DNA of 64,000 nucleotides from Haliotis rufescens (lineage: Eukaryota): NCBI RefSeq assembly GCF_023055435.1, contig NW_025964383.1:17360001-17424000 (forward strand). The letters are read 5' to 3'. The position numbers and the translations under genes are program-made. This document shows, piece by piece, positions 1 to 12,010 of the stretch. How positions within the stretch are numbered: position 1 is the stretch's first letter; each line of letters starts with the position of its first letter. Under the pieces are notes generated by a model. It saw only the letters and a program-made list of their open reading frames with translations. It made no database searches and was not told the origin of the DNA.

Positions 1-422
1 ATATCTCGCAGATCAATATCATATGGGGTTGTGGTTCGTCTGTCTAAATCCTTTTGCTATAGGATCGGCATGGATACGGAAAACGAATTGCAACGTTCCA
101 AACTGTATTTAATGTTATGGTGCAACCATTACATTGGAATCTCTTCTTCTCCATCATACCTAATGTCCAAATGTGTTTCATTTCAATTGATCTTATATTC
201 AATAGTCTGTATCTTTTTCCTATTTCAAAGAATAGATTAAGGACGATATCTGCGAATGATTGCCATACTCAGAACCAAGTAAAATGATCGAAGGCTTGGT
301 ATTGTGAGATACCATCTCAAATTAACCTTTTCTCTCTCTCACAAACTTTCTATACGAATGATGTCTTCAAGATGTCGTGAGCGTGTCAGCAAATGATCAA
401 GATTATAATATCGACTTCATTA

Positions 423-428
423 TTTATT
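423..428 (-). terminator. Poly(A) signal AATAAA of the array gene (present in every unit)
   Basis: TTTATT on the + strand ~150 nt downstream of the TAA stop. Confidence 0.55.
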
Positions 429-579
429 TCCTCAGCATATTCATCAACAAACAAATGTGGTTTACAATATAATAGGATGCCCTTTGCACACTGTCAGGCA
501 ACATTTGTGTACAATAACAAAAAATGAATAACAAGGTAAATGCAGCACTAGTTGATGTGGATGGGACTTGTGATTTCCC

Positions 580-1201
580 TTAGGCGTTTCTATGAAGTGC
601 ACTGTCGTCTACAGACAAAGCTCGACTGAGAGTCGTCATATCGTAGCTGCTGTCGTTGCTGTATAGGTCTCCCTGGTCTTCGTCGTCCTCACTATATGAG
701 CTGTCGGACAAGAGTTCCGTGAAGGAAGCTTCATCATCATTGAAAGAGGTATCTGCATTCCAGTCCGCCTCCGAATCACTCTCTGCAGCAGCATCTTTGG
801 TGATGGCGTTTACACAGGCTTGCACCTCTTGCCACTTGAGTTGTCTGTAGATGGTAAACATCTCCTTGACACCTTCCAGCACCCATCGTCTCTGGATCAG
901 CTGTTCACCTCGGATTATGCAGTTGTTGGAGGAGTTGGCTGTCATCTTCCGCATCAGATGGTAGACTTGGGTATCTGAAAACAATAAAACGGGTAATTAG
1001 AAATCTCGCTAAATGTGTTCACAACAATGTCATTTTATTTTGTTCAATTCTAAAATTCAGTGTGATACCAATATTGCCATGTTTGCAGGGGACTGAAAAA
1101 GAGCACAGTTCATATTTACCTAATGTCAGGATCTCTTTCACTGCATTGTCGTGGGCAATAAGGAGACGTCTCAGCTTGATGGCAACTTGAACTGGATCCA
1201 T
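580..1201 (-). CDS. Orphan 158-aa protein, copy 1. Exon 1 1201-1120, intron 1119-975, exon 2 974-580; helical N-terminus and acidic Ser/Asp/Glu tail
   Basis: Donor TTAG|GTAAAT and acceptor TTATTGTTTTCAG|AT are both phase 1 and join MDPVQ...KEILTL-D-TQVYHLMRK... in frame. TATA upstream, AATAAA ~150 nt after the stop. Confidence 0.8.
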
Positions 1202-1347
1202 TTTCTAGGGCCTTCGGACACAACACTAGAATGCAGTCGGATGAAATACTACAGGAATTCAGTAGCGCCAAATTTGGATAATTGGAAAGTAGATGTGTTC
1301 GTTCTCACGGATTGAGATGAAGTGAAGGACTCCAGTCCGTGCAAAAT

Positions 1348-1603
1348 ATTTATACTGACCCTTAGTATAAACATAGTAGTGGAGATTTATAGATCAAAGA
1401 GAGCATTTTCGAAGCCAGTGGCGAGATCAAAGCTACACTGCAACTTCATTAGGCTTTGATCCGAAAGGAATCTCACTGTCCACTTGAGAAACCAATCAAC
1501 TTCTTGTCAAAACAAGTTTCCGTATAAAGGGAGAGGTCTGAGAAGAGTTCAACCAATCTAGTCCTGTTATCTCCAGAGATTATCAATCATTGTTAATTGA
1601 TTA
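1348..1603 (-). promoter_or_regulatory. Putative promoter of the array gene: TATA box, three TCF/LEF motifs, CCAAT boxes, paired-homeodomain palindrome
   Basis: TATAAAT at 1354-1348 (-); AGATCAAAG at 1391-1399 and 1424-1432; CTTTGATC at 1454-1461; AACCAATC near 1490 and 1551; TAATTGATTA at 1594-1603. All are retained in the four units. Confidence 0.55.
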
Positions 1604-3143
1604 AATCGGGATTGATCAAACGGCGCAGTACGTTGTGATACTTAAAAATCCGATGTGGTTACTTTCGCATCCACAGAAACCAAGTCACAGAAACTTGTAT
1701 CAGCTTGGAAATCGTGTGATGCTTCTCTGAACGTTTAGTTTCAATTAAAAAACCCGAGAAAACCATGTCCACAATCCTAAGAAATCCTTACTCTGGTAGG
1801 CAAAGGCAAAGTGAATAAATGTACAGTCAAATCTTGAACTTATTGTACACATCTGTTTGAGGTCGTAAATGCTATGATAATCTGACCATTTTCCCAACCC
1901 GTCTTACATGATCGAAATACAGCACGTATGTTTTGAAGCATTTCAAATACTATTTTTTATGAATACCATCATCATGGTATAATTGAAGCAGCTCATTTGG
2001 CTTAAGTATCTGGATATTAACCATCTTAGAAGCTTTTGGGTGGACGTCGGCTACTTAAAAGGTTACTATATAAATAAATAAATAGGCATGTACAATAAAG
2101 TTTATGTGTGTTAAATGATCTAGAGACATCATCTTCAGTGTATAACTGTCATGTTTTTGGGAGAATTACAAAGCACGGTGTCATGATTTATATCTTTGAA
2201 TACAGAATGCTGTTAAAGCACATGATGGAAATTGGAGTATGTTGCTAGATAAACATAAGGAGATGTTTACCAGGTTAATAAGCACGTTGTTAGCATTGTT
2301 TTTGAAAGATGCCCACTGTTTCATGTCAGGATATTCTGATCTTTACTTTTTAGTGCTTTCAGCGGAATAGTATTCATCAAGTGCTGACTTGGATCAGAAA
2401 TGTTATTTGGCCTGTGTTGATGTCAATGTTTCAATTTCCTTTTGTTTTCCATGCTGTGTATATTGACAATTTTTAACATGCATGACTCTCTCCTTAAGCA
2501 CTTGGGCATGTACATTTCAAAAGGAAAGAGAAACAATTAAATGCTCTGATAATATGAAATACAACCTGACATATATCTCTCTCAGATCAATATCATATGG
2601 GGTTGTGGTTCGTCTGTCTAAATCCTTTTGCTATAGGATCGGCATGGATACGGAAAACGAATAGTCACGCTCGAAACTGTATTTAATGTTATGGTGCAAC
2701 CATTACATTGGAATCTCTTCTTCTCCATCAATACCTAATGTCCAAATGTGTTTCATTTCAATTGATTAGTCTGTATCTTTTTCCTATTTCAAAGAATAGA
2801 TTAAGGACGATATCTGCGAATGATTGCCATACTCAGAACCAAGTAAAATGATCGAAGGCTTGGTATTGTGAGATACCATCTCAAATTAACCTTTTCTCTC
2901 TCTCACAAACTTTCTATACGAATGATGTCTTCAAGATGTCGTGAGCGTGTCAGCAAATGATCAAGATTATAATATCGACTTCATTATTTATTTCCTCAGC
3001 ATATTCATCAACAAACAAATGTGGTTTACAATATAATAGGATGCCCTTTGCACACTGTCAGGCAACATTTGTGTACAATAACAAAAAATGAATAACAAGG
3101 GAAATGCAGCACTAGTTGATGTGGATGGGACTTGTGATTTCCC

Positions 3144-3765
3144 TTAGGCGTTTCTATGAAGTGCACTGTCGTCTACAGACAAAGCTCGACTGAGAGTCGT
3201 CATATCGTAGCTGCTGTCGTTGCTGTATAGGTCTCCCTGGTCTTCGTCGTCCTCACTATATGAGCTGTTGGACAAGAGTTCCGTGAAGGAAGCTTCATCG
3301 TCATTGAAAGAGGTATCTGCATTCCAGTCCGCCTCCGAATCACTCTCTGCAGAAGCATCTTTGGTGATGGCGTTTACACAGGCTTGCACCTCTTGCCACT
3401 TGAGTTGTCTGTAGATGGTAAACATCTCCTTGACACCTTCCAGCACCCATCGTCTCTGGATCAGCTGTTCACCTCGGATTATGCAGTTGTTGGAGGAGTT
3501 GGCTGTCATCTTCCGCATCAGATGGTAGACTTGGGTATCTGAAAACAATAAAACGGGTAATTAGAAATCTCGCTAAATGTGTTCACAACAATGTCATTTT
3601 ATTTTGTTCAATTCTAAAATTCAGTGTGATACCAATGTTGCCATGTTTGCAGGGGACTGAAAAAGAGCACAGTTCATATTTACCTAATGTCAGGATCTCT
3701 TTCACTGCATTGTCGTGGGCAATAAGGAGACGTCTCAGCTTGATGGCAACTTGAACTGGATCCAT
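3144..3765 (-). CDS. Orphan 158-aa protein, copy 2 (exons 3765-3684, 3538-3144)
   Basis: Same splice sites and intact frame; D>N in LLSNSS. Confidence 0.8.
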
Positions 3766-5688
3766 TTTCTAGGGCCTTCGGACACAACACTAGAATGCAG
3801 TCGGATGAAATACTACAGGAATTCAGTAGCGCCAAATTTGGATAATTGGAAAGTAGATGTGTTCGTTCTCACGGATTGAGATGAAGTGAAGGACTCCAGT
3901 CCGTGCAAAACATTTATACTGACCCTTAGTATAAACATAGTAGTGGAGATTTATAGATCAAAGAGAGCATTTTCGAAGCCAGTGGCGAGATCAAAGCTAC
4001 ACTGCAACTTCATTAGGCTTTGATCCGAAAGGAATCTCACTGTCCACTTGAGAAACCAATCAACTTCTTGTCAAAACAAGTTTCCGTATAAAGGGAGAGG
4101 TCTGAGAAGAGTTCAACCAATCTAGTCCTGTTATCTCCAGGGATTATCAATCATTGTTAATTGATTAAATCGGGATTGATCAAACGGCGCAGTACGTTGT
4201 GTTACTTAAAAATCCGATGTGGTTACTTTCGCATCCACAGAAACCAAGTCACAGAAACTTCTATCAGCTTGGAAATCGTGTGATGCTTCTCTGAACGTTT
4301 AGTTTCAATTAAAAAACCCGAGAAAACCATGTCCACAATCCTAAGAAATCCTTACTCTGGTAGGCAAAGTGAATAAATGTACAGTCAAATCTTGAACTTA
4401 TTGTACACATCTGTTTGAGGTCGTAAATGCTATGATAATCTGACCATTTTCCCAACCCGTCTTACATGATCGAAATACAGCACGTATGTTTTGAAGCATT
4501 TCAAATACTATTTTTTATGAATACCATCATCATGGTATAATTGAAGCAGCTCATTTGGCTTAAGTATCTGGATATTAACCATCTTAGAAGCTTTTGGATG
4601 GACGTCGGCTACTTAAAAGGTTACTATATAAATAAATAAATAGGCATGTACAATAAAGTTTATGTGTGTTAAATGATCTAGAGACATCATCTTCAGTGTA
4701 TAACTGTCATGTTTTTGGGAGAATTACAAAGCACGGTGTCATGATTTATATCTTTGAATACAGAATGCTGTTAAAGCACATGATGGAAATTGGAGTATGT
4801 TGCTAGATAAACATAAGCACGTTGTTAGCATTGTTTTTGAAAGATGCCCACTGTTTCATGTCAGGATATTCTCATCTTTACTTTTTAGTGCTTTCAGGGG
4901 AATAGTATTCATCAAGTGCTGACTTGGATCAGAAATGTTATTTGGCCTGTGTTGATGTCAATGTTTCAATTTCCTTTTGTTTTCCATGCTGTGAACATTG
5001 ACAATTTTTAACATGCATGACTCTCTCCTTAAGCACTTGGGCATGTACATTTCAAAAGGAAAGAGAAACAATTAAATGCTCTGATAATATGAAATACAAC
5101 CTGACATATATCTCTCTCAGATCAATATCATATGGGGTTGTGGTTCGTCTGTCTAAATCCTTTTGCTATAGGATCGGCATGGATACGGAAAACGAATTGC
5201 AACGTTCCAAACTGTATTTAATGTTATGGTGCAACCATTACATTGGAATCTCTTCTTCTCCATCATACCTAATGTCCAAATGTGTTTCATTTCAATTGAT
5301 CTTATATTCAATAGTCTGTATCTTTTTCCTATTTCAAAGAATAGATTAAGGACGATATCTGCGAATGATTGCCATACTCAGAACCAAGTAAAATGATCGA
5401 AGGCTAGGTATTGTGAGATACCATCTCAAATTAACTTTTTCTCTCTCTCACAAACTTTCTATACGAATGATGTCTTCAAGATGTCGTGAGCGTGTCAGTA
5501 AATGATCAAGATTATAATATCGACTTCATTATTTATTTCCTCAGCATATTCATCAACAAACAAATGTGGTTTACAATATACTAGGATGCCCTTTGCACAC
5601 TGTCAGGCAACATTTGTGTACAATAACAAAAAATGAATAACGAGGTAAATGCAGCACTAGTTGATGTGGATGGGACTTGTGATTTCCC

Positions 5689-6314
5689 TTAGGCGTTTCT
5701 ATGAAGTGCACTGTCGTCTACAGACAAAGCTCGACTGAGAGTCGTCATATCGTAGCTGCTGTCGTTGCTGTATAGGTCTCCCTGGTCTTCGTCGTCCTCA
5801 CTATATGAGCTGTCGGACAAGAGTTCCGTGAAGGAAGCTTCATCGTCATTGAAAGAGGTATCTGCATTCCAGTCCGCCTCCGAATCACTCTCTGCAGAAG
5901 CATCTTTGGTGATGGCGTTTACACAGGCTTGCACCTCTTGCCACTTGAGTTGTCTGTAGATGATAAACATCTCCTTGACACCTTCCAGCACCCATCGTCT
6001 CTGGATCAGCTGTTCACCTCGGATTATGCAGTTGTTGGAGGAGTTGGCTGTCATCTTCCGCATCAGATGGTAGACTTGGGTATCTGAAAACAATAAAACG
6101 GGTAATTAGAAATTTTTCTCGCTAAATGTGTTCACAACAATGTCATTTTATTTTGTTCAATTCTAAAATTCAGTGTGATACCAATATTGCCATGTTTGCA
6201 GGGGACTGAAAAAGAGCACAGTTCATATTTACCTAATGTCAGGATCTCTTTCACTGCATTGTCGTGGGCAATAAGGAGACGTCTCAGCTTGATGGCAACT
6301 TGAACTGGATCCAT
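5689..6314 (-). CDS. Orphan 158-aa protein, copy 3 (exons 6314-6233, 6083-5689)
   Basis: Same splice sites; a 4-nt insertion falls inside the predicted intron; T>I in MFIIY. Confidence 0.8.
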
Positions 6315-8206
6315 TTTCTAGGGCCTTCGGACACAACACTAGAATGCAGTCGGATGAAATACTACAGGAATTCAGTAGCGCCAAATTTGGATAATTGGAA
6401 AGTAGATGTGTTCGTTTTCACGGATTGAGATGAAGTGAAGGACTCCAGTCCGTGCAAAACATTTATACTGACCCTTAGTATAAACATAGTAGTGGAGATT
6501 TATAGATCAAAGAGAGCATTTTCGAAGCCAGTGGCGAGATCAAAGCTACACTGCAACTTCATTAGGCTTTGATCCGAAAGGAATCTCACTGTCCACTTGA
6601 GAAACCAATCAACTTCTTGTCAAAACAAGTTTCCGTATAAAGGGAGAGGTCTGAGAAGAGTTCAACCAATCTAATCCTGTTAACTCCAGGGATCATCAAT
6701 CATTGTTAATTGATTAAATCGGGATTGATCAAACGGCGCAGTACGTTGTGTTACTTAAAAATCCAATGTGGTTACTTTCGCATCCACAGAAACTTCTATC
6801 AGCTTGGAAATCGTGTGATGCTTCTCTGAACGTTTAGTTTCAATTAAAAAACCCGAGAAAACCATGTCCACAATCCTAAGAAATCCTTACTCTGGTAGGC
6901 AAAGGCATGGTGAATACATGTACAGTCAAATCTTGAACTTATTGTACACATCTGTTTGAGGTCGTAAATGCTATGATAATCTGACCATTTTCCCAACCCG
7001 TCTTACATGATCGAAATACAGCACGTATGTTTTGAAGCATTTCAAATACTATTTTTTATGAATACCATCATCATGGTATAATTGAAGCAGCTCATTTGGC
7101 TTAAGTATCTGGATATTAACCATCTTAGAAGCTTTTGGGTGGACGTCGGCTACTTAAAAGGTTACTATATAAATAAATAAATAGGCACGTACAATAAAGT
7201 TTATGTGTGTTAAATGATCTAGAGACATCATCTTCAGTGTATAACTGTCATGTTTTTGGGAGAATTACAAAGCACGGTGTCATGATTTATATCTTTGAAT
7301 ACAGAATGCTGTTAAAGCACATGATGGAAATTGGATAAACATAAGCACGTTGTTAGCATTGTTTTTGAAAGATCCCCACTGTTTCATGTCAGGATATTGT
7401 GATCTTTACTTTTTAGTGCTTTCAAGGGAATAGTATTCATCAAGTGCTGACTTGGATCAGAAATGTTATTTGGCCTGTGTTGATGTCAATGTTTCAATTT
7501 CCTTTTGTTTTCCATGCTGTGTACATTGACAATTTTTAACATGCATGACTCTCTCCTTAAGCACTTGGGCATGTACATTTCAAAAGGAAAGAGAAACAAT
7601 TAAATGCTCTGATAATATGAAATACAACCTGACATATATCTCTCTCAGATCAATATCATATGGGGTTGTGGTTCGTCTGTCTAAATCCTTTTGCTATAGG
7701 ATCGGCATTGATACGGAAAACGAATTGTCACGCTCGAAACTGTATTTAATGTTATGGTGCAACCATTACATTGGAATCTCTTCTTCTCCATCAATACCTA
7801 ATGTCCAAATGTGTTTCATTTCAATTGATTAGTCTGTATCTTTTTCCTATTTCAAAGAATAGATTAAGGACGATATCTGCGAATGATTGCCATACTCAGA
7901 ACCAAGTAAAATGATCGAAGGCTAGGTATTGTGAGATACCATCTCAAATTAACCTTTTCTCTCTCTCACAAACTTTCTATACGAATGATGTCTTCAAGAT
8001 GTCGTGAGCGTGTCAGCAAATGATCAAGATTATAATATCGACTTCATTATTTATTTCCTCAGCATATTCATCAACAAACAAATGTGGTTTACAATATAAT
8101 AGGATGCCCTTTGCACACTGTCAGGCAACATTTGTGTACAATAACAAAAAATGAATAACAAGGTAAATGCAGCACTAGTTGATGTGGATGGGACTTGTGA
8201 TTTCCC

Positions 8207-8828
8207 TTAGGCGTTTCTATGAAGTGCACTGTCGTCTACAGACAAAGCTCGACTGAGAGTCGTCATATCGTAGCTGCTGTCGTTGCTGTATAGGTCTCCC
8301 TGGTCTTCGTCGTCCTCACTATATGAGCTGTCGGACAAGAGTTCCGTGAAGGAAGCTTCATCGTCATTGAAAGAGGTATCTGCATTCCAGTCCGCCTCCG
8401 AATCACTCTCTGCAGAAGCATCTTTGGTGATGGCGTTTACACAGGCTTGCACCTCTTGCCACTTGAGTTGTCTGTAGATGGTAAACATCTCCTTGACACC
8501 TTCCAGCACCCATCGTCTCTGGATCAGCTGTTCACCTCGGATTATGCAGTTGTTGGAGGAGTTGGCTGTCATCTTCCGCATCAGATGGTAGACTTGGGTA
8601 TCTGAAAACAATAAAACGGGTAATTAGAAATCTCGCTAAATGTGTTCACAACAATGTCATTTTATTTTGTTCAATTCTAAAATTCAGTGTGATACCAATA
8701 TTGCCATGTTTGCAGGGGACTGAAAAAGAGCACAGTTCATATTTACCTAATGTCAGGATCTCTTTCACTGCATTGTCGTGGGCAATAAGGAGACGTCTCA
8801 GCTTGATGGCAACTTGAACTGGATCCAT
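8207..8828 (-). CDS. Orphan 158-aa protein, copy 4 (exons 8828-8747, 8601-8207)
   Basis: Same splice sites, intact frame. Confidence 0.8.
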
Positions 8829-10083
8829 TTTCTAGGGCCTTCGGACACAACACTAGAATGCAGTCGGATGAAATACTACAGGGATTCAGTAGCGCCAAAT
8901 TTGGATAATTGGAAAGTAGATGTGTTCGTTCTCACGGATTGAGATGAAGTGAAGGACTCCAGTCCGCGCAAAACATTTATACTGACCCTTAGTATAAACA
9001 TAGTAGTGGAGATTCATAGATCAAAGAGAGCATTTTCGAAGCCAGTGGCGAGATCAAAGCTACACTGCAACTTCATTAGGCTTTGATCCGAAAGGAATCT
9101 CACTGTCCACTTGAGAAACCAATCAACTTCTTGTCAAAACAAGTTTCCGTATAAAGGGAGAGGTCTGAGAAGAGTTCAACCAATCTAGTCCTGTTATCTC
9201 CAGGGATGATCAATCATTGTTAATTGATTAAATCGGGATTGATCAAACGGTGCAGTACGTTGTGTTACTTAAAAATCCGATGTGGTTACTTTCGCATCCA
9301 CAGAAACCAAGTCACAGAAACTTCTATCAGCTTGGAAATCGTGTGATGCTTCTCTGAACATTTTGTTTCAATTAAAAAACCCGAGAAAACCATGTCCACA
9401 ATCCTAAGAAATCCTTACTCTGGTAGGCAAAGGCAAAGTGAATAAATGTACAGTCAAATCTTGAACTTATTGTACACATCTGTTTGAGGTCGTAAATGCT
9501 ATGATAATCTGACCATTTTCCCAACCCGTCTTACATGATCGAAATACAGCACGTATGTTTTGAAGCATTTCAAATACTATTTTTTATGAATACCATCATC
9601 ATGGTATAATTGAAGCAGCTCATTTGGCTTAAGTATCTGGATATTAACCATCTTAGAACCTTTTGGGTGGACGTCGGCTACTTAAAAGGTTACTATATAA
9701 ATAAATAAATAGGCATGTACAATAAAGTTTATGTATGTTAAATGATCTAGAGACATCATCTTCAGTGTATAACTGTCATATCTTTGCCGAGCAGGCATGC
9801 ATATTAATACAGATTTTCTAGGGTTGTTATATATGTGCAATTCAGAAAGAGGTAGAGTTACTTGATAGGTTTAAACAATGACATGATGATTTTACAGAAT
9901 TTGGACAGTTTTCTCAATGTTCCTAGTCGTGAATTATTTAAAAATAAAACAGAAACTAATATCAACTGGGAAATCCAGCGATGTTTCTCTTAACGTTTAG
10001 TTTTAATGCATAATAGCGACAAAACAATTTCCATAATTATAAGAAATTTCTACTAAAGGAGGGGAAGTAGGTGTATTGAATAT

Positions 10084-10312
10084 GGTGTTCCACAGTCGCC
10101 TGAAGGACCGCTGTTCGCTGTGGCGAGTGACCCTTAGGTGTGGCAGAACATGATTGTGGGTTCGCATCTCGGTTCCCTCTGATTATGTTTCTAGGTTTGT
10201 CAGTACCATATCCATGTTCGTGGGTGACTAAAAGTGAAAAGTCAATCGGTTTTCTTACACATGAAGTAAGTTGACATGCCGCCGTGTCACTGAGATAATG
10301 GCCAAGGCGGCG
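10084..10312 (+). mobile_element. Degenerate SINE, family A (tRNA-derived head, V-like core)
   Basis: GATTATGTTTCTAGGTTTGTCAG core shared with better-preserved copies. Confidence 0.7.
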
Positions 10313-10571
10313 TTCTTGTGAGTGGACTGGTGGAAAACCTTTTTACAGGAAATATATCAAGAAGCGCGCAAGACGTAAAAGTATTTATATCGTCGCCCAT
10401 TCTTTTAACCAATCTGAATACCACCTTGCTGGCATGGTATGGGGCTATATGAGGTCCAGAAGAGAAGAAACACCATTTTATATATGTGCCATACTTTGTA
10501 ATTTACAAAAAAGTAATGGATGCTTTGAAAGTGAATGCCCCTTCGACAAATACTTTACAATAACACATATA

Positions 10572-11591
10572 TACGCTCCCAAAAAAGAAACGCATTTGTG
10601 AATTTTCACATATTTAATTTGCTATGTTCAAAGAAGGATAACCCATTTAATACAACATTATTTGCAGCCAGATTGCACAATAAGAAATGCAAAATGTCAG
10701 TAATCACAAATATGACAATGAAAGTTCCATAAGTGATGACGTCTGTTTACAAGTGGGCGTTAGTTCTCAGTACCTATTGTGTCTACCACCTGAAGATGAA
10801 GTCTTTGGATCCGAGCTTGTGGAATCTTATCCCACTCGTCCTGCAACGCGTGTCTCGGGTGTCTGGAGTGACATTGACCTACCTGTCTGTAATATTATGT
10901 GGGTTATCTTCAATCACAGGTAACTGTTGTATCTTTTAAAGATAGACTCACTGACTGGGAGCAATCTAGTTTAATCCTAGAGGGGACATTACACTGCCCA
11001 TCGAGGTCGTCCCACAAATGCCCCCCCCCTCCCCACTCCAACACCATGACACTACCTGCGCCATATCTGTTAACTTGGGTGACGCAATTATGGGCAAAAC
11101 GTCCATTCATCCACCCCGGCGTTGAAGCAAACAACCTGATTCAATAGCAAAACAAACGTGTCTTCAGTGTCGCAGATTCCAGATTCATCATTGAACCCGT
11201 CGACGTCGATGTAGCCGTCTCAGCACTGGGCCAAAATAGGGTATTGAAGCTCATAGTCCAGCCTCTCGTAAACTTGGCGTGTCGAGTCGAGTGGCATTTC
11301 GTTTTTTGATCCAATACATATTTGAATACAATGCGGTTTTAAATAAGCGGTATCACTGCTCACTGCTCACGATTCCTTCACATTGCAAACAGTTCTTTCT
11401 CCATGACATGACAATTTGTACTATCTGACGCAGACGCATAACAGTTAAAAACGGCGCGTTTTGACACGCTGAAACCTTTCCATGAGCATAAAGTGCCATA
11501 ATTTCTTTTGTAAAAATGTTATAATCCCCACACCCGTTCTGAAAAACAATTGAAATTGACTCTTTCCATGCGTTTGTTTGGGGGGTTGCTA
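10572..11591 (-). mobile_element. Internally deleted Tc1/mariner transposon remnant
   Basis: Minus-strand fragments RFAHNCVTQVNRYGAGSVMV, HLWDDL and LQDEWDKIPQARIQRL; degenerate TIR CAAAAAAGAAACGCAT / ATGCGTTTGTTTGG. Confidence 0.75.
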
Positions 11592-11751
11592 AAATAACAA
11601 TAAATATACAGCAGATACAACATATCTTATTGAGGAAATAATAGTAAAGTTAATAATGATGCGTCTGTAATATACCTTTACACTTCGAGTCAGATGGGTT
11701 TGTTGAGTAAATGGGTCACGTTTCACACTGAATTACATTGAGTTAAGAGTG

Positions 11752-12010
11752 AGTGAGATGGGTTTAGCGCCGCTTTTAACAGTATTCCAGTTATATCACG
11801 GCGTGTCAGCTTAATGTGAAGCCCGAAGTGATGCAGGTCTCAGACGTTTACCATTTCGTTGAAACACTGGTATGGTGCTGACAAACCTAGAAACATAATC
11901 GGGGCGAACCAGGATTCGCGCCCACAATCATAGGTTTCTGGTGTGCCCAAGGGATGCAACTCTGCACAGAGAATCGCGGCGCCTAAAACGAGTGGGCCAC
12001 CCGTGCCCCC
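11752..12010 (-). mobile_element. SINE family A, full length
   Basis: tRNA-like head, (ACTC)n tail, 12-bp TSD GAGTTAAGAGTG at 11740-11751 and 12011-12022. Confidence 0.9.

Larger units (their letters stand above)
1..9779. repeat. Tandem macro-repeat, ~3.8 units of ~2.52-2.56 kb, each with one gene; begins before the window
   Basis: Near-identical blocks recur (stop codons at 580, 3144, 5689, 8207; periods 2564, 2545, 2518). Similarity ends at ...AACTGTCAT (9779). Confidence 0.97.

Noticed and set aside
31-240. Plus-strand spacer ORFs (31-240, 2482-2664, 5017-5349, 7545-7832)
   Set aside because: Their length and frame vary between units through stops and indels, unlike the minus-strand gene.
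656-850. 64-aa plus-strand ORF in each unit
   Set aside because: Antisense shadow of the acidic exon 2.
1019-1119. C-terminal half of the 60-aa ORF as coding sequence
   Set aside because: Read-through into the intron after a good GTAAAT donor.
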